Assembly (NCBI RefSeq): GCF_964355755.1
Contig: NC_092676.1
Location: forward strand, 2,951,788-3,015,787
Length of the DNA: 64,000 nt
From: Antedon mediterranea
Taxonomy: Eukaryota; Animalia; Echinodermata
Direction of reading: 5' to 3'
A program made the translations under genes and the position numbers. Of this stretch, positions 52,321 through 64,000 are shown in pieces. Numbering within the stretch: position 1 is the first letter of the stretch; each line of letters starts with the position of its first letter. Below the pieces are notes generated by a model, which saw nothing but the letters and a program-made list of their open reading frames with translations, ran no database searches and had not been told where the DNA came from.

Positions 52321-55300
52321 ATGGAAGTTGAAGAAAGTGATGACATCATAGGGCAGTCAGTTATAGAAAACGTTGAGAAAGAATCTGATCAGGAAGAGAA
52401 AGAAGATGTTACTGAAAAAATGGAAGTGAATGAAAATGCAGATGTTACTCATGATCCAATTTCTTGTACAGAAGAAGTTGACATGCCAGAGAAAATGGAA
52501 GTTGATGAAAATATGGAAGATCTCTCAAAAGATGCTGCTAGTCCAAGAGAAAAAGATTTTTGTATTTCTGAACCTGGAAAAGAATCATTGGCACCTGAAA
52601 AGAATGAAGAGTTTGAGAGAGATGAAACTGATAAGGATTTGGAGAATAGAAAATCTGGCATTGAATCTGACGAGGCTGTGGAACAAGACCAATCTGGCAT
52701 TGAATCTGACGAGGCTGTGGAACAAGACCAATCTGGCATTGAATCTGACGAGGCTGTGGAACAAGACCAAGAATGTGATGTACATAAAAACACTGACACG
52801 AAAGTCTCTAAAGAAACAGACATTCTTGACACGAAAGCTACTGATGAAATACCAGAACCAGAATCGGCAGCGATTGGCCAAAGTAGAGATGCTATTACTC
52901 CCTCTGATAAAACCATTCCAATCAAAGATGACAATAGAGCTAATAATGTAAAGGAACAATTGGTAGAGGAACAATTGGTTGAAGAACCGAAGGAAAACAA
53001 TTCCAATGTTTATGAAGAAATGGAAAAAGACGATTCTACAGATGAAATTGTGGAAACAGATCTTGATAAAAAATCAGATGCTGATGAAGATGATGAAACA
53101 AATATAAATTCTTTGATAATTAAGCAGGAAGCTATTAGTGACAACTCAAAAGTTTCTGACAACGTAGGGAATGATACAGACATGTCTGAGAAAATGGATG
53201 TGTCTCTTTCAGAGAATAAAGAATCTTGCACAATAGATGCATCAGAGAATAAAGTCAATGATGAGATTGGTTGTGAATCCAGTGATGGTCATTTAAAAGA
53301 AGACAAATGTCTTGTTGAGGAAACCACCAAAGAGGTAACAGCTCATGAAGAATCTGCTGATCTGGTAACCAGAGACCAGGCTACTGAATTGGCAAAAACA
53401 ACAGATCAAGTTGGTGGTGGTAAATCATCTTCTGATAAATTGTCAGATGTTGTTATAAAGAAAGAAAAGTTGGATGAATATTTTGAGCAGCAGTGTTCAA
53501 GCTCAACACTGCAAACTTCAGGAGACGCAAAAGCACAGAATAAGTTGTCTAGCTCGAGCCTACAGACATCTGGAGATGCAAAAGAGCAGAACCAGTCATC
53601 TAGCTCGAACCTACAGACATCTGGAGATGCAAAAGAGCAGAACCAGTCGTCTAGCTCGAACCTACAGACATCTGGAGACGCAAATGAACAGAACAAGTCT
53701 TCTAGCTCAAAAGAGATAAAAGTGGAAGCAGAAGAGACAATAAAGATTAAGGAAGAAAAAGTGGACGAGAAAACAACAAATAAAGGATTAATCATCAGCA
53801 AAATACTGTCTAGATTAGCTACATTTGCCCCAAAGTCACAAATGTCGAAAGAAAAGGTTGGTTTAAAAAAAATTATTTTCAAATTGTTAAAAAGCGTGTT
53901 CATATAAATCATTTTTTTTTGTGACAAATAATTTACAGTATAGAAAGAACTGTCTTGAGGTGGTTTAATAAAAAGAATTATTGTCTTGGTTTTTAGGATA
54001 AAAACAACATTGAAAACGACGAAAGCACATCAGCGTCGGTTGGTAGACATGGTAAAGGAGATCATCCTGAACATGTCAGAAAGTCTGTAACAGCCAGAAA
54101 GATATCAGTGTCTCCAATAAAAAAGGAAATCGAAGTCGATGATGATGTGATAGTCATTAATGACAAATCTACATCTGCAGTAAGTGTTTAAACTTGACTT
54201 TTCCAAAATTTTAGGACAACATTTGGCCACATATTTTTTTTTTCTTCGTAAAATATTTTTTCTTCCTATTATCAGTAAATTATTATAAGTTATAATTATT
54301 ATTATGATAAAATAATGAGATCATTTCTATTCTTCACACCCTCAGAATTTGCAAATAAATTTCTGTTCAAATTGCTGTCAAGTGATTGCTAATGCTGATG
54401 TTTCAAAATGGACGACGAATGTATCGGGGCAAGAAAAACAATTCTGCTCCAACGCGTGTATGAACATCAACCCATATAAATCTCTACTTTGCTCTCTCTG
54501 TAAAAAAGACATGAAAACCGTGCAAGACACGAAGGTGTGCGCCCCAAGTGGACCGAGTGGAAGATTTCTTGAGTTCTGTTCACATGCCTGTGTCATGTCC
54601 TACGAGGAGCGCAAAAATGCTGGCACTCACTGCTACTGCACAGTTTGCTCATCGCTCATAGCGCTTACGGTAAGTGTTCTGATTTCACGTAATAGACTCG
54701 CCTATAGAAACCACTGTATGTATTATAGTCAACCTACCTTTTTTTTTTCAATCAATCAATTTCTCTTTATTCCATAAACAAACAAAACGCATAACAAAAA
54801 AGTAGTAAAACAAATTTTTGATGAAAGCAACCTCTCTTTGCGATTATTTCTGTTACGGCTGCCAAGGAAATCTGAATGATGTATCTAGCTTATCTGAGTA
54901 TAATCGACCTAATAAAAAAAAAAATGATTTGTTGCTTGTGACTGACCAAAAGTTTGACCAAATATAAATTCAACTTTTTTCTTTTTTAAGTTTAAGTTTT
55001 AAGTTTTAATTATTTGTTAATTCAGTTTATTGTGTCTTGTTTACAGCATTACAAACATAGTTTGAGGTTGAAAGGAAGACTCTTCCGTCTTTGCAGCACG
55101 GATTGTCAGAAAGCGTTTATGAAAGACAATCACGTACAGCCGGTAAAAACTTGCTGTGAATGTAAAACTAAATTTACGTTTGAAGGGGTAATGCAAGAAG
55201 TGAAAGGAGTCAAACAAACGTACTGCTCCGAGAAATGCAAATCAAATAACGTATATACAAATTGCCTAATGTGTAAGAAAATAAACGCTATAACATCTTT

Positions 55301-58300
55301 GACAGAAGTCCACGGCAAGAACGGAGAGAAGCACCTTGTATGTAACGGTCTATGCACCTCAAGGTTGATGCATAGGTTGAAAACACCCAATGTGTCTATC
55401 CTTTCAAAATGTCCCGAAAAAAATAATAAAAATTCTGTAACACAGGCACCAACAGAAAGTATACCGGTTACAGCCAATGTTAGTCCCAGCCAACAAAAAT
55501 CCATAATGAAATCTCAAAATGATAAATCAGGCGTGTATCCCACAAATCCTGTTAATTGCAATCATTGTAATACGTATCAAGCTCCGTTGTATCACCTGAC
55601 GATGAGCGATAAATCTGTGCGGAATTTCTGTTCGTATAAGTGCGTGATTGGTTTTCAAATGCAGTTCAACATGCCCCCCGTGACGCTACCTCAGGAAGAG
55701 CTGACTCTGCATTGTAAATATTGTAAGAAGAATTTCAAAGGCAAGCCAATCACACTCAACTGGAAAGATGATATTCACTTTTTCTGTAGTGAAAACTGTT
55801 CAGCTACTTATAAAAAGGTAATTATTTCGGGAAAAGTGAGACCAAACCACAGGAATCAGTGTAGGTGTATGACGGGTTCTTTCTACAATAATGTGCACTA
55901 TTGAAAATACTATATTGTTTGCCAATGTAATTTTCATCTTTACACCAAAAAGAGCCTAGATAGTAGATCCTAAATGGATTGTAATTGATTGTAACTACTG
56001 TGGAGTATCTTGCGTCAGAATGTTGAGTAATTGGTCAGATATTATGCCCTATGCTGACGTAATTTGTACTTTGCACTTAAGTACATTGTACAGTACAAGT
56101 ACATAACTATCAAGCTATTTTTTAAAATATATTCTAAACAATCCTGAGAATTTGTACGTTTAGCGTTTGTGGGAGATGGAAGGTCACTCTGAAGAATTAT
56201 CGGGTTACTTTTGGGATAGTTTGTATGGTAGGGACGCCAGAGTTTGAGTCGACTTTACTGCATTCTACTCAAACATTTTTCTTTTCTTTTTTTACCAGGT
56301 TGCACGTGGTATATTTTGTTAAATACTATACTTTTATATTTTAATAATATTAATATTTGTTTTTTTGCAGACATTTTGTGTAATAATATCGTGCGACAAC
56401 TGTTTGGAAGAACGCATTCATCATTCCACTATCTATTTCTCCGGTAAAGAAAGAAACTTTTGCAGTGAAGGTAATTTATCATGTTTATATTTTTATCATA
56501 TTTCTGATCAGTTAAAAACATGTTTTAACTTATGAATAAAAATTGAAATTGATATAATGATATAATAATCCTATTATTTAATTGGTTTGACTCCATTGGC
56601 TGTAAAAAGTGAGCTTTCTGTTGGACATGGTAGATGAAGAAGCTATTCTATTACATGTCTAGCTTACCTGGATAAACAGACATAGGCCTTATCCCCTTCA
56701 AGGGGAGAACCCGAAAAGTAAAATTTAACAGACTGATGGTTATGGAAAATTCTGCTTTTCACGGTCTGTCAAAAGTATGTTCTATCTTCAATTATTATTA
56801 ATCTTTGTGAATAACAACTATTTTTCCAGGTTGTCACCTTCTGTTTAAACAAAGTTTCACACAAAAGCTGGGCCTTCGCTGGTGTATTTGCGAATATTGC
56901 TCTCAGATTGGACCCACTGCCATTGAGAAGAGAAGTGAAGGACACGCTATTAAATTGTGCTCTAAGAAATGCAGAGAGAAATATGATCAGTGGCAAAAAC
57001 AAGTCACAAAGTAAGTAGTGAGTGTATTCTGTAAAGCACTGTCTACACTATCAAACTTTATGTGACAAACAACTGTGATGTGCCCATATATGGACATGAT
57101 GATGTCATATCTCTATCATATTTGGGTATATCACTACCATATTTGGGTATATCACTACCATATTTGGGTATATCACTACCATATTTGGGCATACCACTAC
57201 CATATTTGGGCATATCACTACCATATTTGGGTATATCACTACCATATTTGGGTATATCACTACCATATTTGGGCATATCACTACCATATTTGGGTATATC
57301 ACTACCATATTTGGGCACATCACACTTTTGTCAAACTAGTTTGATATAGTGTAGACAGAGCTTTAGTTTGTTAAGAATACATAATTTTTGTGTTGCTGTA
57401 TCATGGAACTTTCCTAAGATACTAAATACAGTGTAAGGAGAATTGTATACCAAGTGTAGGATAAAAAAAGAACTTAGTGCTATGACTTAGTGTTGCTTTG
57501 AACCCAGGATTTTTTATGTAAACCATAAACTGCAATGCCACTGCCAATATATACGTCATTTCAAAATTAATATATGCACTTAGGGAACCATTGGCCGTAT
57601 TCACCATTCACACTTCGGCTAGAAAAATATCAGTACGTGAATATAATATGAGGGAAATACTTAAATATTTTTTTAATTAATTGAAATACTTGATATATTT
57701 AAAGGGAAATATCTCACGTAAGTGTGATTAGTGAATATGGCCACAGATCCCATAACTGTCGTGAAAATGAAGTTTTATTAAATCGTATCTGTATCTTCAG
57801 GTGTGAAGGATGCAAGCAACAAGGCCGCCTTTTGAACGAGACGTTTATGTGGCGTGGAGAAGCGAAGAAAGTTTGTAATCAGCTTTGTCTCCTGCTCTTC
57901 TACACCCAACAGAACATTCCAAATATGTTAACAGAAGTTCAACAGAACATTCCGAATACGTCAATGGAACACATTATTCCAAATGGAAAACAACCAGCCA
58001 AAGGTATGCAACATGATTTCTGTTTATTAACAATACAACTGTAAATGCGATTACTAAAGCTCAAACTGACAAAAAACTGTGATGCGCCTTTATATGGACA
58101 TATTTGGGCATATCACTACCATATTTGGGCACATTACACTTTGTTTGTCAAACTAGTTTGATAGTGTAGACAGAGCTTTACACACTTCAATAACACCACC
58201 TTAGCTGGTGGTTAACAAATCACATTTGAAATCTATTTTAGTTGCCCTATATTCTCTCCTTCATTGATTCACCAGATCATTGACATTTCTGTTGTTCACT

Positions 58301-61300
58301 ATCCTTTCTTTCTTTTTCAGTTAATTCAGGTCTTCCAGTAATTTCAAATGTTTTTTCAATTGCTTCTAATCAGAACACTGCAGTCAGAACAAAACCAGGT
58401 TAGTTATTTTTTTAAATGCTATGTAACATGATGCTGTAGAAATCCCACAAAAATATTAAATATAAACAATTCTGAACATTAAATTATAATACTATGTTGC
58501 ACAGTTGTCAAACAATAAGTTGTATAATTGCATACAGATCATGGTCATGTGATTCTGTTGAGGATATTTTATTGATCATGACATGCATTGTTCATGTTTC
58601 ATTGTATTTCTTGGTTTTCATGATTAAATGATGCTTTTTTAATTATATTGTATTTAATAATTTAAGAAATTGTGATTTTTTATCAATTATTTGTGTTTAA
58701 CAATCAGTAGTAAACATTTTGTGTAACGTAGATATAGTCTGAAATGAACAAAGTCCTATATGTCTTTAACTGAACTATAGTACTGTAAATATTCGGGGAT
58801 AGAGGCGTTACTCCCCAATGCTTCTGTCCTCTTGAATATAACCACCTAAAGGCGTGGTGTGAAAATACCGTAAAACTATTTTTTTTAAAGCTTATTATTT
58901 TTCTGAATATTAGCTGTTGTGATGGTTACTAAACAGACACAAATCACTACCACACCTGTGCAGCCTAAGCCTCCAACGTTGCCCACGTTACCAGCACCGA
59001 AACATGTACGCAACAAGATGACAATGTGCAAACCAATACAGCAAACTAAGTCAACGTACTGCAAACCATTATCAATGTCAAAAGAAACAAATACAGGTAA
59101 AATATAGATATATATATAAAGCTTTGTCCCCAAATATGGTAGTAATGTGCCCAAATAGGGTAGTGATGTGCCCAAAAATGGTAGTGATATGCCCAAATAT
59201 GGTAGTGATATGCCCAGATATATGGGTACATCAAATTTTTTTGTCACATAAAGTTTGATAGTGTAGAGAGAACGTAAGGACAGAGCGTAAGACTCTGTCT
59301 GAGATACTAATTTGTAATTCTTACAATAAATCTTATTTTACCAAGATTTTTTTATTTAATTTGGTATTAAATTATTATATAAAATTTCACAATTTATAGA
59401 TGGTGATTGGCGGCCAAAATTAGTGGTTGTTCCTATCCCGGTGCCAATTTACATACCAGTACCCATGCAGATGTATACCACACCAGTACCACATCCAGTT
59501 GGTATACCAACACCGGTACCTGTACCAATGTTTCTTCCAGTAAGTACTAATAATGCTGACAAATTGTTAGCAGCTATCAATGAAATAAAAAAAAGGACAC
59601 CGTCAGACCCGCTTGAGGCTGAGCTGCTTGCGATGGCCGATGCCATTGCTGGAGAGGACGTGGCAGTTATACCGGACGTTGAAGAACCAAGTTTGTTTGA
59701 AATATCGGAAGTTGAAATTCCAGGTTCGTACAATTTGTAGTTTACTCTTATGATTCATTACAAAATTAGATTTCATTTTATGATAATCAATTATAAATAT
59801 AGTAGAGTTTTCCTTTAAACATTAATCCTCTCTGCAATGCTAGCTGTTGTTGTTGTTGTGTCGCTACTCAATGTGGCAGACTACGTTTCTTGCTATGCTT
59901 TCTTTCTCAAAGTTTAAGTTGTACATACCGTTGTATTTAAGTCTGATATTTGATGAGAGAGAAAGCTATGAACACTGTAATTTCCAAATTTATGGATGAA
60001 TAAAGCGATGTCTATGTCTAGCTAATCGTCAGTTTTGACGGCAGCCGAACTTGAACTTCATATCTATAATGAGGAAGTTCATCGTGTGAACAATTGGAAC
60101 GTGCACGCATAATTTCATGTTTTACGTAACTTTACGACTTTACGGTCTACTTTGCCTTACTGAGTTCTTTTTAAGTGAGTCAAATGTAAATGTTGATATT
60201 TTTTTAATAGTTTTTCTTCATTCAAGACTCATTGTATTTAAAAATAATCCTGCTCAATTGGCTAATTTTTACTATTTACATTTTTATTTTTACTATTTAC
60301 ATTTTTATTTTTACTATTTATTTAGTTGAGTTTGCTTCATATTTAGAGTATTTATTGTATCGGTTTTCTGATTCATACTTCATCATCTTTCGTTGCTGTT
60401 GGTTTTGATGAAATAAAATATAAAAAAAAAAAATTTATTACTTAATTAGATGAAGTAGAAAATTCATCAGATGTAGATGAATTACCGCCTGCTCTTGAAC
60501 AACTTCTAGACGAGGGTGAAATTCAAAAATTAGAAGAAGACATCCTTGCACTATCTGTGAAGGCAAACGACCCATTTTCTTTCCTAGAAAAACCTGTAAT
60601 TACTGAAAGTGTCGATGAATCAAGTAAGTGACTCATTAACAACTTTAATTTTCACGATGCTACTATGCACCTTTTGAGTAAAAAGGAACATGTCTGTGTA
60701 GAATGATTTTTTGTAGGTGTGTAGTCACATGGCGTGTTGTAAAGTGAAGTGTCGCTATTATTTTAAAGAGGAAAGTATACAGTGATAAAAGATAGACATT
60801 TTATTGATAACATTAGTGCATGTTCAACCTATCTTTTCCCATTTTAAAGCAAAACAATCATCTTATATTGAATCTAAGTAAAAAATTAGGGGGTGGGGGT
60901 ATGTGTGTTAGGTGAAGGGCTAGGCTAGAGGGTTAGGCTATTGATTTGTAAAGGACTTTTTTATTTTGCAATGTTACTTAAAGTATCACAATATTGTAAA
61001 TATTGATTTTTTTTCCTTCAGATGCGGAGGAATACTGCCAACGTTCAACAAGATCAGGAAGATTACCAAAAAAAAAAAGAAAGCGTACAAACCAGCGATC
61101 ATCCACTCAGAACAAACGTGCACGAGTTGAGAACGACAGTGACGAATACGATCCAAAAACGGATGAAGTTGAGAAAGTAGATGACAAAATAGACCGTCAT
61201 TATTCGATCGGCATTGGTGCTTACAAACTGTGGGTAGCAACTAAAAATGTTGAACTTCAGCTAAAAAAGCAACCCGGTGCTAAACCTTTTTCTTTCAAAC

Positions 61301-62439
61301 CGGACATCTTGACCAACACTTCGGATGAACTTAGCTACACTCTCTGTCATTTTGTCAAAGAAGCACGAAAACCAGACGGAGAGGAGTACCCACCAGCGTT
61401 GCTGTTCTATATTCTTCTAGCTATACAGCATTTTTTATTCAATTCAAGTCATCCTGATAACATCCTTACTGATCTCCCCTTCAAAAGGTTCATGGAATAT
61501 CTAGTGGAGAAGATGAAGACATGGGAACCGGTTTTCAAACCAGACACAAACATTGTCATTAACAGCAAGATCACTGAAGATTTGATGTGGGACTGTAAAC
61601 AACTTGGCGCCCACTCTCCTTATGTGCTTCTCAACACGTTGGTCTATTTCAACACTAAGTTCTTCTGTTTGAAGACGCTTCAGGATCACAAAGATCTTCT
61701 GTTTGGAATGATTTTCAAAGATTGGAAGAAGAGTGGATCGAAGAGCAAATTTGTATGTTTGCGATATTTTCCATCACAGTTGCGGAAAAAACGTAAGGTT
61801 CTTTTTCAAAAAAATTATTTGCAGTTTAATTTATTTATTTTAGTTTTATTTTATTCATTTCAACAGTGCTATGTTATATAAATATAAAAGACAATGCTGA
61901 GGTGAGAGTAACTACATTGTTTGCTGAAATATGTATGATTTTAGTGTGTTAGGGTAGTCACTGTAATTACAAGAATAGATAGATTAAAGGTAAACAAACA
62001 GGTAGTTACGTTGTCCATTAGTTTAGTTTCCACCAACAAGGCAATTTGATTTGACTAATTTGAACATTCACCAGCAATATAAAAATTGTCGCTCGTTATT
62101 AGTAAACTCGCTTGCATTGTGCTTACGTCCTTGCGTTGCATCATAGTGGGAACCAAGCATAAGGATATTTGTTGTTATTAACAGCAATAATACACACAAA
62201 AATAAATCATAAATAACTATTAATTCTATTATATGATGAATTTTGCAATAATAGACCATTAAATATATTTATTGCAATAAAGACCAATATATATATATAT
62301 ATTTATATACAGTTGAAGAGACGACCTGCAAGGTGACGAAAAGAAGTTTGTTAGAGAAGCATTATTTGGAACAGGCAGAGAATCTCGAAGATCCACTACA
62401 CTGCCCTGTCAAACTTTACGAGTTCTATCTTTCAAAATG
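52321..62439 (+). CDS. MYM-type zinc finger protein (ZMYM2/3/4, woc-like) with DUF3504 domain; 3' end beyond window
   Basis: Exons approx 52321-53856, 53997-54179, 54346-54669, 55047-55817, 56371-56470, 56830-57010, 57801-58003, 58321-58398, 58914-59096, 59400-59723, 60450-60623, 61022-61796, 62313-62439. Repeated CxxC..FCS..C fingers, YHLTMSDKSVRNFCSYKC, VPIPVPIYIPVP, PSDPLEAELLAMA, CKQLGAHSPYVLLNTLVYFNTKFF, CPVKLYEFYLSK. Confidence 0.95.
57035..57362. mobile_element. MITE family A with 10 x 21-bp internal array (ZMYM intron)
   Basis: Both TIRs plus (catatttgggyatatcactac)n. Confidence 0.9.
58057..58177. mobile_element. MITE family A
   Basis: Left end deleted; right TIR agtttgatagtgtagacagagct. 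Confidence 0.8.
59118..59270. mobile_element. MITE family A with ~4 21-mer units
   Basis: aagctttgtc..(cccaaatatggtagtg)n..agtttgatagtgtagagag. Confidence 0.8.
62095..62160. mobile_element. MITE family B, right half only
   Basis: ttacgtccttgcgttgcatcatagtgggaaccaagc. Confidence 0.7.
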
Positions 62440-62454
62440 GCAAGTATACATGTG

Positions 62455-62607
62455 ATAGGGTTTATCGCAAATAGTGTGAGCTATGCATGATGGGAAGGAA
62501 TTGCGAGCAATAGCGCCACCCGTATAATAAAAACTTTATATACTGGTGGTGGTGCTCCCAATTCTGTCCGATCATGCATCACTCACACTATTTGCGATAA
62601 ACCTTAT
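62455..62607. mobile_element. Fold-back MITE-like element
   Basis: Arms atagggtttatcgcaaatagtgtgag..atgcatgat / atcatgcat..ctcacactatttgcgataaaccttat. Confidence 0.8.
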
Positions 62608-62702
62608 TGGTAGAAGCACAACACAATAAACGCCACACAACACAAAAGATATTGTATAGAGGTCAATTGTAGGAAAAAATGATGAGGAAAACTAACAACA
62701 AA

Positions 62703-64000
62703 AATGAGAGTATTGGTGGTGATTTGGGGAGGAGGAGGAATAATGAGAGTATTGGTGGTGATTTGGGGGAGGAGTAGGAGGAATAATGAGAGTATTGGTG
62801 GTGATTTGGGGGAGGAGGAGGAGGAATAATGAGAGTATTGGTGGTGATTTGGGGGAGGAGGAGGAGGAATAATGAGAGTATTGGTGGTGATTTGGGGGAG
62901 GAGGAGGAGGAATAATGAGAGTATTGGTGGTGATTTGGGGGAGGAGGAGGAGGAATAATGAGAGTATTGGTGGTGATTTGGGGGAGGAGGAGGAGTAATA
63001 ATGAGAGTATTGGTGGTGATTTGGTGGAGGAGGAGGAGGAATAATGAGAGTATTGGTGGTGATTTGGGGGAGGAGGAGGAGGAATAATGAGAGTATTGGT
63101 GGTGATTTGGTGGAGGAGGAGGAGGAATAATGAGAGTATTGGTGGTGATTTGGGGGAGGAGGAGGAGGAATAATGAGAGTATTGGTGGTGATTTGGGAGG
63201 AGGAGGAATAATGAGAGTATTGGTGGTGATTTGGTGGAGGAGGAGGAGGAATAATGAGAGTATTGGTGGTGATTTGGTGGAGGAGGAGGAGGAATAATGA
63301 GAGTATTGGTGGTGATTTGGGGGAGGAGGAGGAGGAATAATGAGAGTATTGGTGGTGATTTGGTGGAGGAGGAGGAGGAATAATGAGAGTATTGGTGGTG
63401 ATTTGGTGGAGGAGGAGGAGGAATAATGAGAGTATTGGTGGTGATTTGGAGGAGGAGGAGGAGGAATAATGAGAGTATTGGTGGTGATTTGGGGGAGGAG
63501 GAGGAGGAATAATGAGAGTATTGGTGGTGATTTGGAGGAGGAGGAGGAGGAATAATGAGAGTATTGGTGGTGATTTGGGGGAGGAGGAGGAGGAATAATG
63601 AGAGTATTGGTGGTGATTTTGGGGAGGAGGAGGAGGAATAATGAGAGTATTGGTGGTGATTTGGGGGGGGAGGAGGAGGAGAATAATGAGAGTATTGGTG
63701 GTGATTTGGGGGAGGAGGAGGAGGAATAATGAGAGTATTGGTGGTGATTTGGGGGAGGAGGAGGAGGAATAATGAGAGTATTGGTGGTGATTTGGGGGAG
63801 GAGGAGGAGGAATAATGAGAGTATTGTGGTGATTTGGGGAGGAGGAGGAGGAATAATGAGAGTATTGGTGGTGATTTGGGGGAGGAGGAGAATAATGAGA
63901 GTATTGGTGGTGATTTGGGGAGGAGGAGGAGGAATAATGAGAGTATTGGTGGTGATTTGGAGGAGGAGGAGAGGAATAATGAGAGTATTGGTGGCGATTT
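62703..64000. repeat. ~43-bp G-rich minisatellite (gaataatgagagtattggtggtgatttgggggaggaggaggag)n, ~30 copies, continues past window
   Basis: Directly visible tandem array inside a ZMYM intron. Confidence 0.97.

Noticed and set aside
52430-53927. Alternative-frame and antisense ORFs over ZMYM (also over Tctex1, DBHS and the LINE)
   Set aside because: Shadows of real coding sequence with biased composition and no independent motifs.

Overview
AT-rich, intron-containing animal genomic DNA, most likely a non-vertebrate; no prokaryotic features are present. Six host genes can be supported. Five lie on the minus strand: TENT5/FAM46 (single coding exon), BCKDHB (10 coding exons), a BHMT-like methyltransferase (7 exons), a Tctex1-domain dynein light chain (1 exon) and a DBHS-family RNA-binding protein (NONO/SFPQ/PSPC1/nonA-like, 8 coding exons). 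The sixth, a ZMYM2/3/4 (woc)-like gene, lies head-to-head with the DBHS gene on the plus strand and runs off the end of the window. Introns and intergenic DNA carry many non-autonomous DNA transposons: two Harbinger-like MITE families, Tc1/pogo-like MITEs and a 1.06-kb Mutator-like element with a 9-bp TSD. There is also a decayed CR1/L2-type LINE, tRNA-derived SINE heads and three minisatellites. The most interesting signals are: (1) a probable regulated 3' end of the DBHS gene, where the NLS exon follows a ~220-nt AG-free zone with a distal TACTAAC and downstream exons would give an NLS-less isoform; (2) two complementarily mutated minimal hammerhead-ribozyme motifs in a Penelope-like repeat; (3) DBHS-ZMYM and TENT5-BCKDHB gene pairs that are also neighbours in vertebrates; (4) a MITE family that seeds a 21-bp minisatellite. 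All coordinates were read by eye and splice models lack transcript support.
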